A DNA stretch of 63,207 bases, the filler included, from Welwitschia mirabilis (lineage: Eukaryota): NCBI GenBank assembly GCA_051453625.1. It is 5 parts of one record of this genome, joined end to end, with 100 filler letters (N's around TTAATTAATTAA, not from the genome) between each part and the next. Parts side by side here need not be neighbours in the genome. Positions count along the whole stretch, not along the records: positions 6,940 to 19,991 come from JBOZIK010000001.1; positions 20,092 to 49,645 come from JBOZIK010000001.1; 3 more parts are not named here. One strand, written 5' to 3'. Each line of letters begins with the position of its first letter. The first letter of the stretch is position 1. Shown one piece after another: positions 13,746 through 25,588 of this stretch. The notes beneath the pieces are model-generated. The model saw only the letters and a program-made list of their open reading frames with translations. It was not told the origin of the DNA and made no database searches. A program made the position numbers and the translations under genes.

Positions 13746-14758
13746 TGTTGGTAGGTTATATTTCACTGATGACCAATGCATCAAACCAAGTAGCCAAATT
13801 GTGTCTACATATCCCAAAAGAACATCAGAGACGCAAATACATTGAAAATCAAGATCTAAAGCAATGCAGAAGTACTGGGACGTCTGACCATATAAACTGT
13901 CAAAATGTACTTGGACATTCGACCTTCAAAACTGGAATGTTCGGACCTGTGGATGAAAGATACTGGGACATCCGTCCTCCAAACCAGGACGTTCAGACCT
14001 GTTCTCAGCCAAATGTTCTAGGATGTTTGCCACTCAAAACTGGGACGTTTGGACCCTGTCTTAGTTTTTTGTAAAAGCAAACTTAAAAATTGGGACGTCC
14101 AGATTTTCTCAAGGGGACATCTGAGTGGCTAACTATTGCTGTGGAAATGCGTGCTCAGATGAATGTTGGGTGCCGATTTAAAGTGAAAAATGACTAGAAG
14201 AACATCCCTGAATGTACACATCTCACGAAACGACCTTGTCTAGGGTTGTTTTTGCCTCCTTGAATGCAAAACATATAAATGTATTGATCAATGAAGAAAA
14301 GACTACAAGTCTGATAGAAACCTACCCTAATTGTATCAAAAGAAAGTTCTTCTTCTTATTACTATACCAGTGCTTTGAAAATCTCAATCTTTGATGCTGT
14401 ACTCAATGCTGATGATCTGTGCTCATTAAGCTCAAGAGACATCAGACTATTCTTCTCTTCTTTGTGCTGCTCTAAAGGAGCAAGGATTATAATTTCTTAA
14501 CCTTGAAATAGACGGTTGTTTGTATTAGCAGAAAAAGTTTTGGATTTAAGGGAACCAGGAGGCTAAAGGGTTTATGCTTCCCCTTGAGAGTGGAATAGCT
14601 TGGAGAGCCGAACCACTATAAAAAGATTCGGTACACTTTTCTTATGATTCATTTTTTCAGTTTTATGTATAACTGTTTGTCTGTAGCTTCTATCATTTTC
14701 TAGTATAAAAGTTTAAAAACCCTATTCACCCGCCTAGGGTTTTTTTTTGATCCTAACA
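13746..14758 (+). repeat. 3' LTR of SIRE-A (~1.01 kb)
   Basis: Begins TGTTG directly after the PPT and ends ...ccctattcacccgcctagg...gatcctaaCA; contains the GGACGTCC array and the GAGAGTGG...GCCGAACCACTATAAA block. Confidence 0.88.
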
Positions 14759-17700
14759 CAGCGACGAGAAGTATAGCCCTTAAATCATGCGAAGAAGAGT
14801 ATGAAGAACCTTTAGGTGATGATGAAGAAGACCCAGATCTTGCACCATTAATAAGAAACTTCAAACAATTCCTTAGAAAAAGGAAAGAGAGAAGGAATGC
14901 AAGGAGACCAATCAAACATGCAAGTGATAAAGGTAAGAACTCTTCTTCTATTCAATGTTATGAATGTAAAAGTGTAGCCTTAGAATGCACAAATAAGAAG
15001 AAGGATAAAAAGAGAAAAGAAAAAGGAAAGAAGGTGCTAAAGGTAACCTGGGATGATGACTCAGACAGAGAGAATGCTAGCTCAAGCAATGAAGAAGGGG
15101 TCATGGACTTTGGACTGCTTGCTGTGTTAGACAAGGTAAGTATCCCAACTCATTGTTGTTTTAGTGTTGCTTGCTCTTCATTGGAAAATGAACATACTTC
15201 CTCTAAAAATGACTTTTAAGATTGTGATGATTTCAATTTGGAATACAATGAATTATTGAATGCTTATGAAAAATTGCCCGTGCTTAGCATAGACCTAGGT
15301 AAGAAAAATGTTGTTTATAAGAAAACTATAAAGGACGTAGAAAACAAAATAAAAGAAGCCAACAACAAAATAGAGTCAATGACAAAGGATCTTGAAGATG
15401 TAAAATTTATTGCTTGTCGTCTAATGCAAGGAAAAGACAAGTTGAATAAATTGTTGAGCGTTGGACATTATCTGTATAGTAAGTCTGGAGTAGGTAGTTC
15501 CAATTGCATGACATCTCCTGATCTAAACTTAGCTCCTAGTCTTAAATATCAATCCTTTGGTTAAGTGAGTCTGAGATNNNNNNNNNNNNNNNNNNNNNNN
15601 NNNNNNNNNNNNNNNNNNNNNNNNNNNNNNNNNNNNNNNNNNNNNNNNNNNNNNNNNNNNNNNNNNNNNNNNNNNNNAAGTCTAGAGTTTCATGGCATCC
15701 TCAAACTTTCAAGGGTATCCAGAAGGTCAGGCTGTTACCAGATCGCCATTCTTCAATGGAACAAATTATGCTCACTGGAGATCCACGATGGCGATTTTTA
15801 TGACCTTTCTTGACCTAGATATTTGGGAAATGATCTTGGGTGGACATCAACTTCTTATAGTATTGGACAACAATGGCAACATTGCTTTGAAATTGAGAAG
15901 TGGATGGAATCTGAATGATGAGTAGAAGGCCCCACTCAATGCTTGAGCAATGAATGCTATCATCTATGCCTTATCTAACAAGGAGTATGACAAAGTGGTT
16001 CAATCCACTACAACAAAAGACATGTGGGAAACTCTCAGGATTGCTCATGAAGGAACGAATGTGATAAAGAACACAAAGCTACAACTACTTGCTACTAAGT
16101 TTGAGAATATCAAGAGGGAGGATTCTGAAACCGTGGTTGAATACAGAACCAAAATTAGTAATATATTCAATGGTATATGGGGTTTTGGAGAAAGGATTCA
16201 TTAGAACGGAGTGGTTTGAAAAATTCTCAGAAGTTTAACTTCAATTTTAGACCAAATATTATAGCCATTGAAGAAAGCAAGGACATTGATCAAATGCGAA
16301 AAGAGGAGCTAAAAGGTCCTCTAATGGCATATGAAGCAATAATTCTACTCGAGGATGAAACACCAAAGAAGAGGAGTATAGCCCTCAAAGCACGTGAAGA
16401 AGAGTATGAAAAACCTTTAGATGATGACGAACAAGATCCAGATCTCGCACTATTAACAAGAAACTTCAAATGATTCCTGAGAAAAAGGAGGAGACCAATC
16501 AAACATGAAAGTGATAAAGGTAAGAATTCTCCTTCTATTCAAGTTATGAATGTAGAAGTTTTGGTCATATAGCCTCAAAATGTGCAAATAAGAAGAAAGA
16601 TAAAAAGATAAAAGGAAAAATGAAAGAAGGTGCTAAAGGCAACCTGGGATGATGACTAAGATGGATACAATGCTAGCTCAAGTGATGAAGAAGGGGTCCT
16701 GGACTTTGGACTACTTACTGTGACAAATGAGGTAAGTATCCTAACTCATTGTTGTTTTAGTGCTGCTTGACCTTCTTTGGAATGTGAACATACTTCTTCT
16801 GGAAATGACTTTCAAGACTGTGATGATCTCGATTTAGAATACAATGAATTTTTGGATGCGTATGAAAAATTATATGTGCTTAGTCTAGACCTAGGTAACA
16901 AAAATGTTGTTTATAAGAAAACTGTAAGAGATCTAGAAATTAAAAGAAAAGAAGTGAACAACACAATAGAGTCATTGACAAAGGAACTTGAAGATGCCAA
17001 ATTTATTGCTTCTCGTCTAATGCAAGGAAAAGACAACTTGAACAAACTGTTGGGCATTGGACATAATTTCTATGATAAGCCTGCAGTAGGTAGTCCTAAT
17101 TGCATGACACCTCCTCATCTGAACTTCACTCCTAGTGTTAAATATAAATCCTTTAGTCAAGTGACTATGAGATGTCATTATTGCAACAAATATGGTCACA
17201 CACAGTTCTCCTGTCCCTACAAGAAGTCATTTTATTTTGGGTTCAATAACAATGTAAGATTCATAAGGGAGTATGCTAACCATCAACATAAGGAAAGCAA
17301 CCTGTAGTGGGTTAGGAAAGACACCTCTATATCTTTATTTGCCCCTGCCAGCTTTAGAGCTCAAGAAAAATCAAAGTGGTACCTCAGTAGAGATTGGTTT
17401 AGACACATGACTGGTAATAGAAGTTTACNNNNNNNNNNNNNNNNNNNNNNNNNNNNNNNNNNNNNNNNNNNNNNNNNNNNNNNNNNNNNNNNNNNNNNNN
17501 NNNNNNNNNNNNNNNNNNNNNNNNNNNNTCCTAGTCATAAATATCAATCCTTTGGTTAAGTGAGTCTGAGATGCCATTATTGCAACAAATATGGTCACAT
17601 ACAGTTCTGTTGTCCCTACAAGAAGTCATTTTATTTTGGGTTTAAAAACAATATAAGATTCATAAGGAAGTATTGCAACCATCAACGTAAGGAATATCTT

Positions 17701-19991
17701 TATTTGTCCATGTTGCCTTTAGAGCTCAAGTGAAATCAAAGTCATACCTCGATAGCTGTTGTTCTAAATACATGACTGGTAACAGAAGTTTATTCACTTC
17801 GTTTCAAGAATATGATGGTGGTGAAGTAACCTTTAGTGACAATAGTAAAGGGCATATAATTGGTAAAAGGTCCATCACCACAAACAAAAATCATGCAACT
17901 ATAAATGATGTGTATTTAGTAGATGGACTAAAACACAACTTGCTTATTATATCTCAAATCTGTGATAGAGGAAATGTTGTGTCTTTTTATAGAGATAAAT
18001 GTGTTGTTCGAAATGCTACGTCTAATAATGTTATTCTTAGAAGTAGCAAGTCCAAATGTACGTATGTGCTAGGATGTGATGAGAAATTGGGAGAAAAATG
18101 TTATATAGCCAACGATGAAGAAGTAAACCTTTGGCATAGGATATTAGGCCATATGAATCTCAAGGATTTAATGAATATCTCCATGAAAGAGATAGTAAGG
18201 GGAGTCCCTAAGCTAGATGTTTGTCAAGCTGAGATTTGCAATTCTTGTGTAAAAGGCAAGCTTACTAAGTCCTTCTTTAAAAGAGAGGTGGAGACAACTT
18301 CTTTTAGACCATTGGACCTAATTCACATGGATTTAATAGGACCAATACAAACTAGAGGTATTGGAGGAAGAAAATACTTTCTTGTGATGGTAGATGAATT
18401 TTCAAGGTATAGTTGGGTCTTATTTCTCTTAAGTAAGGATAATGCATTTGAAATGTTTGTTAAGGTGTTTAAAAGGATTCAGAATGAAAAAGGGTATACC
18501 ATTCAGATCAGAAAGAGGAGAAGAGTTTGTAAATGAGAGATTTGAAAGATATTGTGACTCAAATGAAATATTTCGCCAACTATCAACACCTAGGACTCCT
18601 TAACAAANNNNNNNNNNNNNNNNNNNNNNNNNNNNNNNNNNNNNNNNNNNNNNNNNNNNNNNNNNNNNNNNNNNNNNNNNNNNNNNNNNNNNNNNNNNNN
18701 NNNNNNNNNNNNNNNNNNNNNNNNNNNNNNNNNNNNNNNNNNNNNNNNNNNNNNNNNNNNNNNNNNNNNNNNNNNNNNNNNNNNNNNNNNNNNNNNNNNN
18801 NNNNNNNNNNNNNNNNNNNNNNNNNNNNNNNNNNNNNNNNNNNNNNNNNNNNNNNNNNNNNNNNNNNNNNNNNNNNNNNNNNNNNNNNNNNNNNNNNNNN
18901 NNNNNNNNNNNNNNNNNNNNNNNNNNNNNNNNNNAAATCCTTATGTAAAGTAGAAGAATCTGCTCATGCAAAAGTAGTATATGCAAAAGATGATGAAAAG
19001 GTTATTCCTGTTTCCTCAAGTTATGATAATCTTTCAACATCAAGCTCAAATGAAATAAGCATTGCAGAAAGCGTTCATCTCTCCCACTTAGAGAGATCAT
19101 CCTGAAAAGAATATTGTGAGTAATCTAGAACAAGGGACAACCACTAGAAGTGGAAAGGGTCTAAATAATGGTTTCCTCTATTTTTACTCTTCTCTAGAAA
19201 CCAAAACCTTTCAAGGAGCAGAGCATATGATGCTTGGATGTTAGCAATGCAACAAGAATGAAACTACTTTCAACAAGACAAAGTTGGAATCTTATTCCTG
19301 TTCTCCAAGGAGAACATGTAATTGGAACAAAATTGGTGTTTAAGAATAAGGAGTATGAAGAACACAATATAATTCAGGACAAGGCTAAACTGGTGGCACG
19401 AGGATACAGTCAACAAGAAGGAATAGATTATGGTGAGGTTTGTGTTTCAGTTGCTAGATTGGAGGCGATAAGAATGCTATTAGTATTTGGAAGTTTGCAT
19501 AAGATGAAACTATAGCAAATGGATGTAAAAAGTGCATTTCTAAATGGATATATAAATGAAGAAGTATATAAATGAAGAAGTTTACGTTACTCAACCGCCC
19601 GGTTTTGTGGACTCAAAGTTTCCTAATCATGTTTTGAAGTTGAACAAAGCACTATATGATCTGAAACAAGCTCCGAGAGCTTCTTTCGATAGGCTCAACT
19701 CTTTTCTGATCTTAAATAACTTTGCAAAGGGAAATGTTGATCCCACTTTGTTCATCAAACATAACAGTAAAGATATTCTTATTGTTTAGATATATGTTGA
19801 GGATATTATATTTGGATCAACAAAAAAATCGTTTGCCTTAGACTTTGCTCAACTAGTGCAGAATGAATTCGAAACGAGTCTTGTAAGAGAGCTTAATTTC
19901 TTTCTAGGTTTTCAAATTAAGCAACACTCAGATGGAATCTTTATTTGTCAATCTAAATATGTTCAAGAAGTGTTAACTAAGTATGAAATGG
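14759..19991 (+). mobile_element. SIRE-B: gag-pol fragments of related Ty1/copia element(s), gapped, no LTR visible
   Basis: gag piece 14762-15577; second gag from ATG 15692 (MASSNFQGYPEGQAVTRSPFFNGTNY) to 17428; protease/integrase 17730-18536 (YLDSCCSKYMTG, LWHRILGH, LIHMDLIGP); RT 19234-19991. Confidence 0.9.
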
Positions 19992-20091
19992 NNNNNNNNN
20001 NNNNNNNNNNNNNNNNNNNNNNNNNNNNNNNNNNNTTAATTAATTAANNNNNNNNNNNNNNNNNNNNNNNNNNNNNNNNNNNNNNNNNNNN

Positions 20092-20686
20092 AGTTGGCAC
20101 TACGAGCAGAAGAAAAGTTGTGGTGAAGGAACAGTTCACATAGAGGAAGATTCAAAGGAAAGGAACCACAAAGAAGGGGTCGTCAATAAGAAGAAAAGAC
20201 AAACTAAGAATGGTAGAACAAAGACAAAGAAAACACCAGAGGCAGATGAGGTACCTATCGAGGAAGAGGTAGAGGAGGTAATTTCTTATTAGTTTGTTAT
20301 AAATGCCATAAGCCAGGACACAAGTCTTATGAGTGTTCATCAATCAAGGAGACTACATAGACAAACGTGGTCTTTGAGCATGGTGAATAAGTGGAGAATC
20401 TGAAAAGAGAGAACCAGAAAAGGTTGATGGTGAGAACGAAAAAGGATGATTGTCATAAGAACTCGTATGCAAGATGCAGAAATTATTAAGGAGCCAATAC
20501 AATGGAGACAACTCTTTCAAACTAGATGCAAGTGTAAATACAAGGTATGCAAGGTTATAATTGATCATGGAAGCGCTAATAACTCGGCTTCTACGGAGAT
20601 GTGGAAAAGTTGAATTCAAAGATCATATTGCACCCAACACTATTCCAACTCTCTTCATTGCAGGAGGGGCGCTATGTTACAGTTAT
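20092..20686 (+). mobile_element. Ty3/gypsy (CRM-like) gag-protease remnant
   Basis: LFQTRCKCKYKVCKVIIDHGSANNSAS protease motif; clearly similar to 45350-45960. Confidence 0.75.
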
Positions 20687-21131
20687 CAATAAGTAAAAAA
20701 GGGCATCATGTCACCCTTTTTTCATTTTCAAAGAATCTCCAAGTCGGTCGACATTTTCAGCCAACATTTTGAAAAAGTCAGCGACATGTCGCCAGTGCCA
20801 ACTTTTTGCAAAATGTCACTGACATATTGCTGACTTTTTCAAAATGTTGCACAGGTACCTGTTAAAACCCATTTTCTAGCGTGAAAAGACCATTTTCTGC
20901 ACAACAAACCAGTGAATAGCAAGAAACAGGGAAGGAAAAAATCACGATTTTCCCACGAATAATCCATTTCTGCAAGTAAAGCGTTGATTGATTGCACCTC
21001 TCATAAAATTAATAAACTTTGCATTTTTTTGAGGAAACAATTGCCAATATTTTGCTCCGACATATTGCCGACACAATGGCGACATGTTTCCCTGACACGA
21101 CTTTTTGAGTCTGCCGACATTTTACTCATTG
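20687..21131. mobile_element. Putative non-autonomous hAT-type element / MITE (~445 bp)
   Basis: Ends CAATAAGTAAAA ... TTTTACTCATTG form an 11/12 inverted match; GCCGACAT/GCGACAT-like motifs cluster near both ends; no ORF; no target-site duplication recognisable. Confidence 0.5.
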
Positions 21132-21159
21132 AATACAACACAAACAAAGTTAAATATCG

Positions 21160-22560
21160 TGTTTTCTTTTTAGGCCAAGTACAAGGTAAATTTTATAGTC
21201 TATTGTTGTATGTTGTTGATATGTTGATTGCAGTAAATGACAAGAGCAAAATAAAGCGTTTCAAATAAAAAGCATTTTGCAATGAAAGATTTAAGACCAA
21301 TAGGGCATATAGTTAGCATGAAGATAGAAAGAGAGGATGAACAAGCTCCTTTGGCTGAGTTAAGAAAAATACATTGCAGAGGGAGTGCATAGGTTTAGAA
21401 TTATTCACGCAAATGCCATCAGCACAACTTGGGTTGCATGTTTTAGATCAAGCTAATAAGATTCTCCCAAGACTTTGGAAGACCAAAAAAGGATGAGGAT
21501 AGTGCCATATGCACTACTAGTGGGCTTTTTAATGTAAGCAATGATTTGTACAAGACCTAACATAGCTTATGGTATTGGAATAGTGAGTAGATTCCTAGTG
21601 AATTTTAGTTGGGTCTAGTGGATAATGGTAAAGTGGATGTTGAGGTATCTAAAAGGTACCAAAAATCACAGTTTACAATCTAGAAGTGGAAATGTGTTTG
21701 TAATAGGTTTTGTTGATGGTGATTTTGTTCTAAAATTAGACACAAAAGATACACATTAGGATATGCTTTTATCCTCAGAGGGGTTGAAATTAATTGGTTA
21801 TTAAGATGCGAACCCTCAACGACTTTGTTCACAAGCAAGGTAGGATATGTGGCAATGGTAGAGCTTGCAAGGAGATGCTTATGTTGAGCAGATTCTTGAG
21901 TTTCCATGGAGTAAGATGAAAGAAAAAGTTTGTGCTATGTGACAGTTAAAGTTTAATTTTTGTAAATAAAAATCCTATTTGCCATGGAAGCACCAAACAT
22001 ACAGATGTGAACTTCCTTTTCATTAGAGGCATAACAAAAGATGGCTTTGTAGATGTGCAAAAGATACATACTAAAACGAAGGGCGTTGATGCATTAACAA
22101 AGATGATTGCAATATAGAAGCATGTCTTCCATATCGAAATGCTTAGGATAGTTGTAGTATGAGAGATGAACATCTAAACGTTGCATCTCTATACTTTTCC
22201 AAGGTTTCCATAGTTGTCTTCAATGGAGAAATGTTAGATTGAAGCCAAATCTTACCTATAGATTTTTCCCTCTATGTTGTAAAACACTGGTTGTAATCAA
22301 ATAAAAAAGGGTGTAAGGTTTCCTTATATATTATGAAGTCACTTGTGTTTAAAGCGTTATTTAGCTTAAATGGGGCCATTCTATTTTTGGTGTTTTATCC
22401 CTAGGGTTAATGTGAGTGTATAAAGGGAAGTTTATGTTTGATTGAAGTAACGTGGTGTAAGGGTAAATCTAATTTGAAATCTTGGCTTGAGTGATTGTTT
22501 GCCCTGCTAAAGTTGTTGAGAAGGGCTTGAATTTTAGTTTCTCAGATTAATTTAAGAGCT
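21160..22560 (+). mobile_element. Ty1/copia (Tork/Tnt1-like) RT-RNase H remnant with probable 3' LTR from ~22232
   Basis: LLLYVVDMLIA, FAMKDL, VPYA, KWMLRYLKGT, HGSTKHTDV, KIHTK..DALTK in decayed frames; purine tract then TGTTAG at 22232. Right boundary approximate. Confidence 0.75.
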
Positions 22561-25501
22561 TTGCATTGTTCCAGGGATATGTAGTAAAAAGGGCTCAAAC
22601 CATGTTATTTTGTGTTTTCCTTTTCCTATTGCTCTCTTTTTTCCTTTTTTTTGGTTGTTGTTGTTGAATTTTAATGAATCGATTATGCACAAATGGAAGT
22701 AATGAATGAGAACCCACAAAATACAAATGCAAAACACTTAAAAGAATATAGCATCATGCAATGTGAAACATANNNNNNNNNNGAAACATAGAAGAAAACT
22801 AATTCTCAGAATATGGTGAGCCTAAACCCTGACCATACCGGGGACAACGGTTTGGCACGCTTTTCATCAACTTCCCAATAAAATTCATACATCATGCTTA
22901 TAGCGACATCTCCCATAATTCTCTCACATGGACCCATATGTCTTAGATTGTAATAACCAACTTCCCTAACAATAGCCATGACTTAATAACAATCTAACAA
23001 CCTCCAATGACACATGGCAATTCCCCTTGTTTTATTATTTTATAATACTTATTTTACCAAATTTGCTTTGAATTTGATTATTTGAAATGTTGTCATTTCT
23101 TTGCTTAATATTTCCTGACAATCATCCCCTTAGTGACAATATTTTAATTTATGCCCTCTTAATGATAACATTTTAAAGCACACCCCCTTGATGTTGGCAT
23201 TATTCAATATCATGCTACACATCATTGCAACATCATGTTTACTTAGGATATCTCCACTTATCTTCTAACACGAACTAAAGGGTCCTTTGTTTTACCCTCC
23301 TTCACTCTATCCCCTTATCTATCTAGCTACAATGCTTAACTCTATAACCAAATGTTGGAGGAGCTCTAACTTTGGCTACCTAGACTAGTGATGATCCAAT
23401 AAAGGGGATCGACCTTGCCATTAGCAATTCACTTACGTCACTAATCTTTTCATCTTTGTGGTGCCTTTTTCACATTCCAACCCACCATTTAGTAATATTA
23501 ATGGGGGATTTTAAGGCGCCCTCTATAATTCTAGGTTACCTTGTACATTCACAGTTTTCATACATTTCAATGGGATACCTGATTTTTGTATAACAAAAAG
23601 CTTTCAAGAAAAAGAACAAAACACTTGGTTGTCACAATTTATCTCCTTTTCAACCCCTAGAGGACAAAAGGGTTTTGAGTTTTTCTAATAGCATATATGG
23701 ATACTACCCATATGTAAATACATATTTGTAAACTCTTCCAATTCTGTTGACCTTTTCAACAAACACTATAGTTTTCACAAATCCATTTTCTTGGAATGCA
23801 ACTTCACCATACTTTTCATTCATCGCCTAGTAACTCTTCCTTGTGTTCTTTCTCTTGTAATATCAATATCTTGTTTATGGTGTAGAAAAGCTTCCTCAGG
23901 GCATTTTCGGCCATTCAAAGTTGCTTGAATCAAAATTGTTAGGCAAACATGCTTGGAATGGTGAACATATTCTTTGGTTGAGATGAATTACCTTAGGATG
24001 AATCCCTTTCACCTTTGCCTTCGCCTACCCCTATTGTGTTTTCCAACATCTCTGATGATCTCCCATTCCTTGGAAATACTCCAAATGAACTTCTAGAATT
24101 GTGCTTCTCATCACTTCAGTTGCTATAGCATCATTGTCTAAGGGATCACCTTACGCTGCCCTTGTTGTGTTTCAGACTGTTGTGGCTATGTTCTTTATAA
24201 CAAAGATCGTTGTCTATGCTTCTTTTTTGTAATTTCACTTGTCTTCTCTTCCCTAGATCTTTTTTATCTATTCCTTTGTCGATGGTAAATCATCATGTTA
24301 TGCTTCTAGCCTTCTAGTACATGTTTTTGTAATGGTAATAGTATAAATGATAGTACACAATTATCTTATCCGAATGTGATCGAACTTATGGATGAGGTTA
24401 ACTTCAGGTAGAGTAAACAATTACTTTTTCAATCGTGTAAATTATCTTGCAAAACTTAGAAAGATCACATAATAAATGGTGTTAAGTATAATGTTGTTAA
24501 ATGCGTCTAATGTTGAAGTGAAAGTAATAAACACATGGTCGGATTTGTAGAGCAAATAGATCATATGAAAGCCATTCAAGTAAAGGGCAAACGATAGTTG
24601 TAAAACACGGATCAGATCGTGGTTTTTTTTTTTTTTAATAATTCTTATTTGGAGGCTCTATATTGCCAGATTGCTTCGAAGCATTATGCAGATCGTTGTG
24701 GATTGCAAAAATGGAAAAGCCTTAGAGCTAAATTTAAAATATAATGAAATCAATCTAATCTTTAAGTGAAATAATAGATTAGAGCTTTTGAAATGTCTTC
24801 CCACTTATATTCTAGCTTACACCTACTTGAGGATTTCAAAATGATCAACATATTCCATGTATGGTGGGTTCATTGTGAACCTCTCTAGATATGTGTCAAT
24901 CTCTTTGGATCTCCACACATCTTTTTGGAACTCTGCAAATCTCTTTAGATCCATGTGGATTGCTTCAAACGAGATTGCCCTAGATTGCAATCCAGAGCCT
25001 CTGAATCGAGATCTGAGGAGAATGATTTAGAACCGTTTCCAAACTTTTTTCCTAGATCGAGATCTAGGTCACCCTAGATTGCAGTTTGGTTCCACATCGC
25101 ACAACTATGAGACAAACCATAGTAGAAGACACCACTTCATCATAATCTTGATTGGTCATGATCCAATCCCTTGAAAATCGATCTACATTTGAACAAAGCC
25201 TAGGTCTAATTCGCATTTTCTAAAGACAAGACTTTGAAAGATGAATGGCTAAGATCAGAGATATGTTTCATGTCTCATCATGGCACTTAAACATACAATA
25301 TCAAGTGTCTGACTACCTCATAGATCTCCCATAAGGAATTATCATTTCTTAGTATTCTTGTACTAATGATTGATAATATGTGATCATTGTAAGAAACTAA
25401 TGGTAATAGTACCAAGTTCTTGATATATAGTATCCTGATCATGTGATAATTAAGGATTTAATATAATTTTTACAAACAAATGTGTCACATTGTTTGTGCA
25501 G

Positions 25502-25588
25502 ATACTTCAAGATTATGATGATGATGGGGAAACTGCAGCTGGAGGTCGTCTTCTTCATTTACTACAAATTGTTGATGCCACCAATGTT
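25502..25588 (+). CDS. IMPACT: IMPACT/YIH1-family gene, internal exon (DDGETAAGGRLL signature)
   Basis: Acceptor tttgtgcag|25502, donor 25588|gtaagc, 87 bp, phase 0 matching the previous exon. Translates ILQDYDDDGETAAGGRLLHLLQIVDATNV, the canonical IMPACT signature. Confidence 0.95.

Larger units (their letters stand above)
5421..14758 (+). mobile_element. SIRE-A: Sirevirus-type Ty1/copia LTR retrotransposon, 5'-truncated and decayed
   Basis: gag (WKTKMTIFLQSLDCEIWEMV; zinc knuckles CYECKGYSHITSEC and CYFCQEYGHIQFAC); protease WYLxSGCS ~8250; integrase LDLIHMDLVGP...IRSDHGGEF; RT KARLVAQGY, QMDVKSAFLNG, QIYIDDIVFG; RNase H to ~11725; post-pol ORF; PPT gaaaagggggaga at 13732-13744; 3' LTR. 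No 5' LTR or PBS seen. Confidence 0.93.
4223..25501 (+). other. ~21.3 kb TE-filled intron of the IMPACT gene (length includes N gaps)
   Basis: GT...AG ends; flanking exons join in frame to give ...VNSEKGT|ILQDYDDDGE..., collinear with IMPACT proteins. Confidence 0.88.

Noticed and set aside
22780..25250. Decayed TE-like sequence including the hairpin CCTAGATC-GA-GATCTAGG near 25051
   Set aside because: Probably old repeat debris; no ends, TSD or protein motif could be established.
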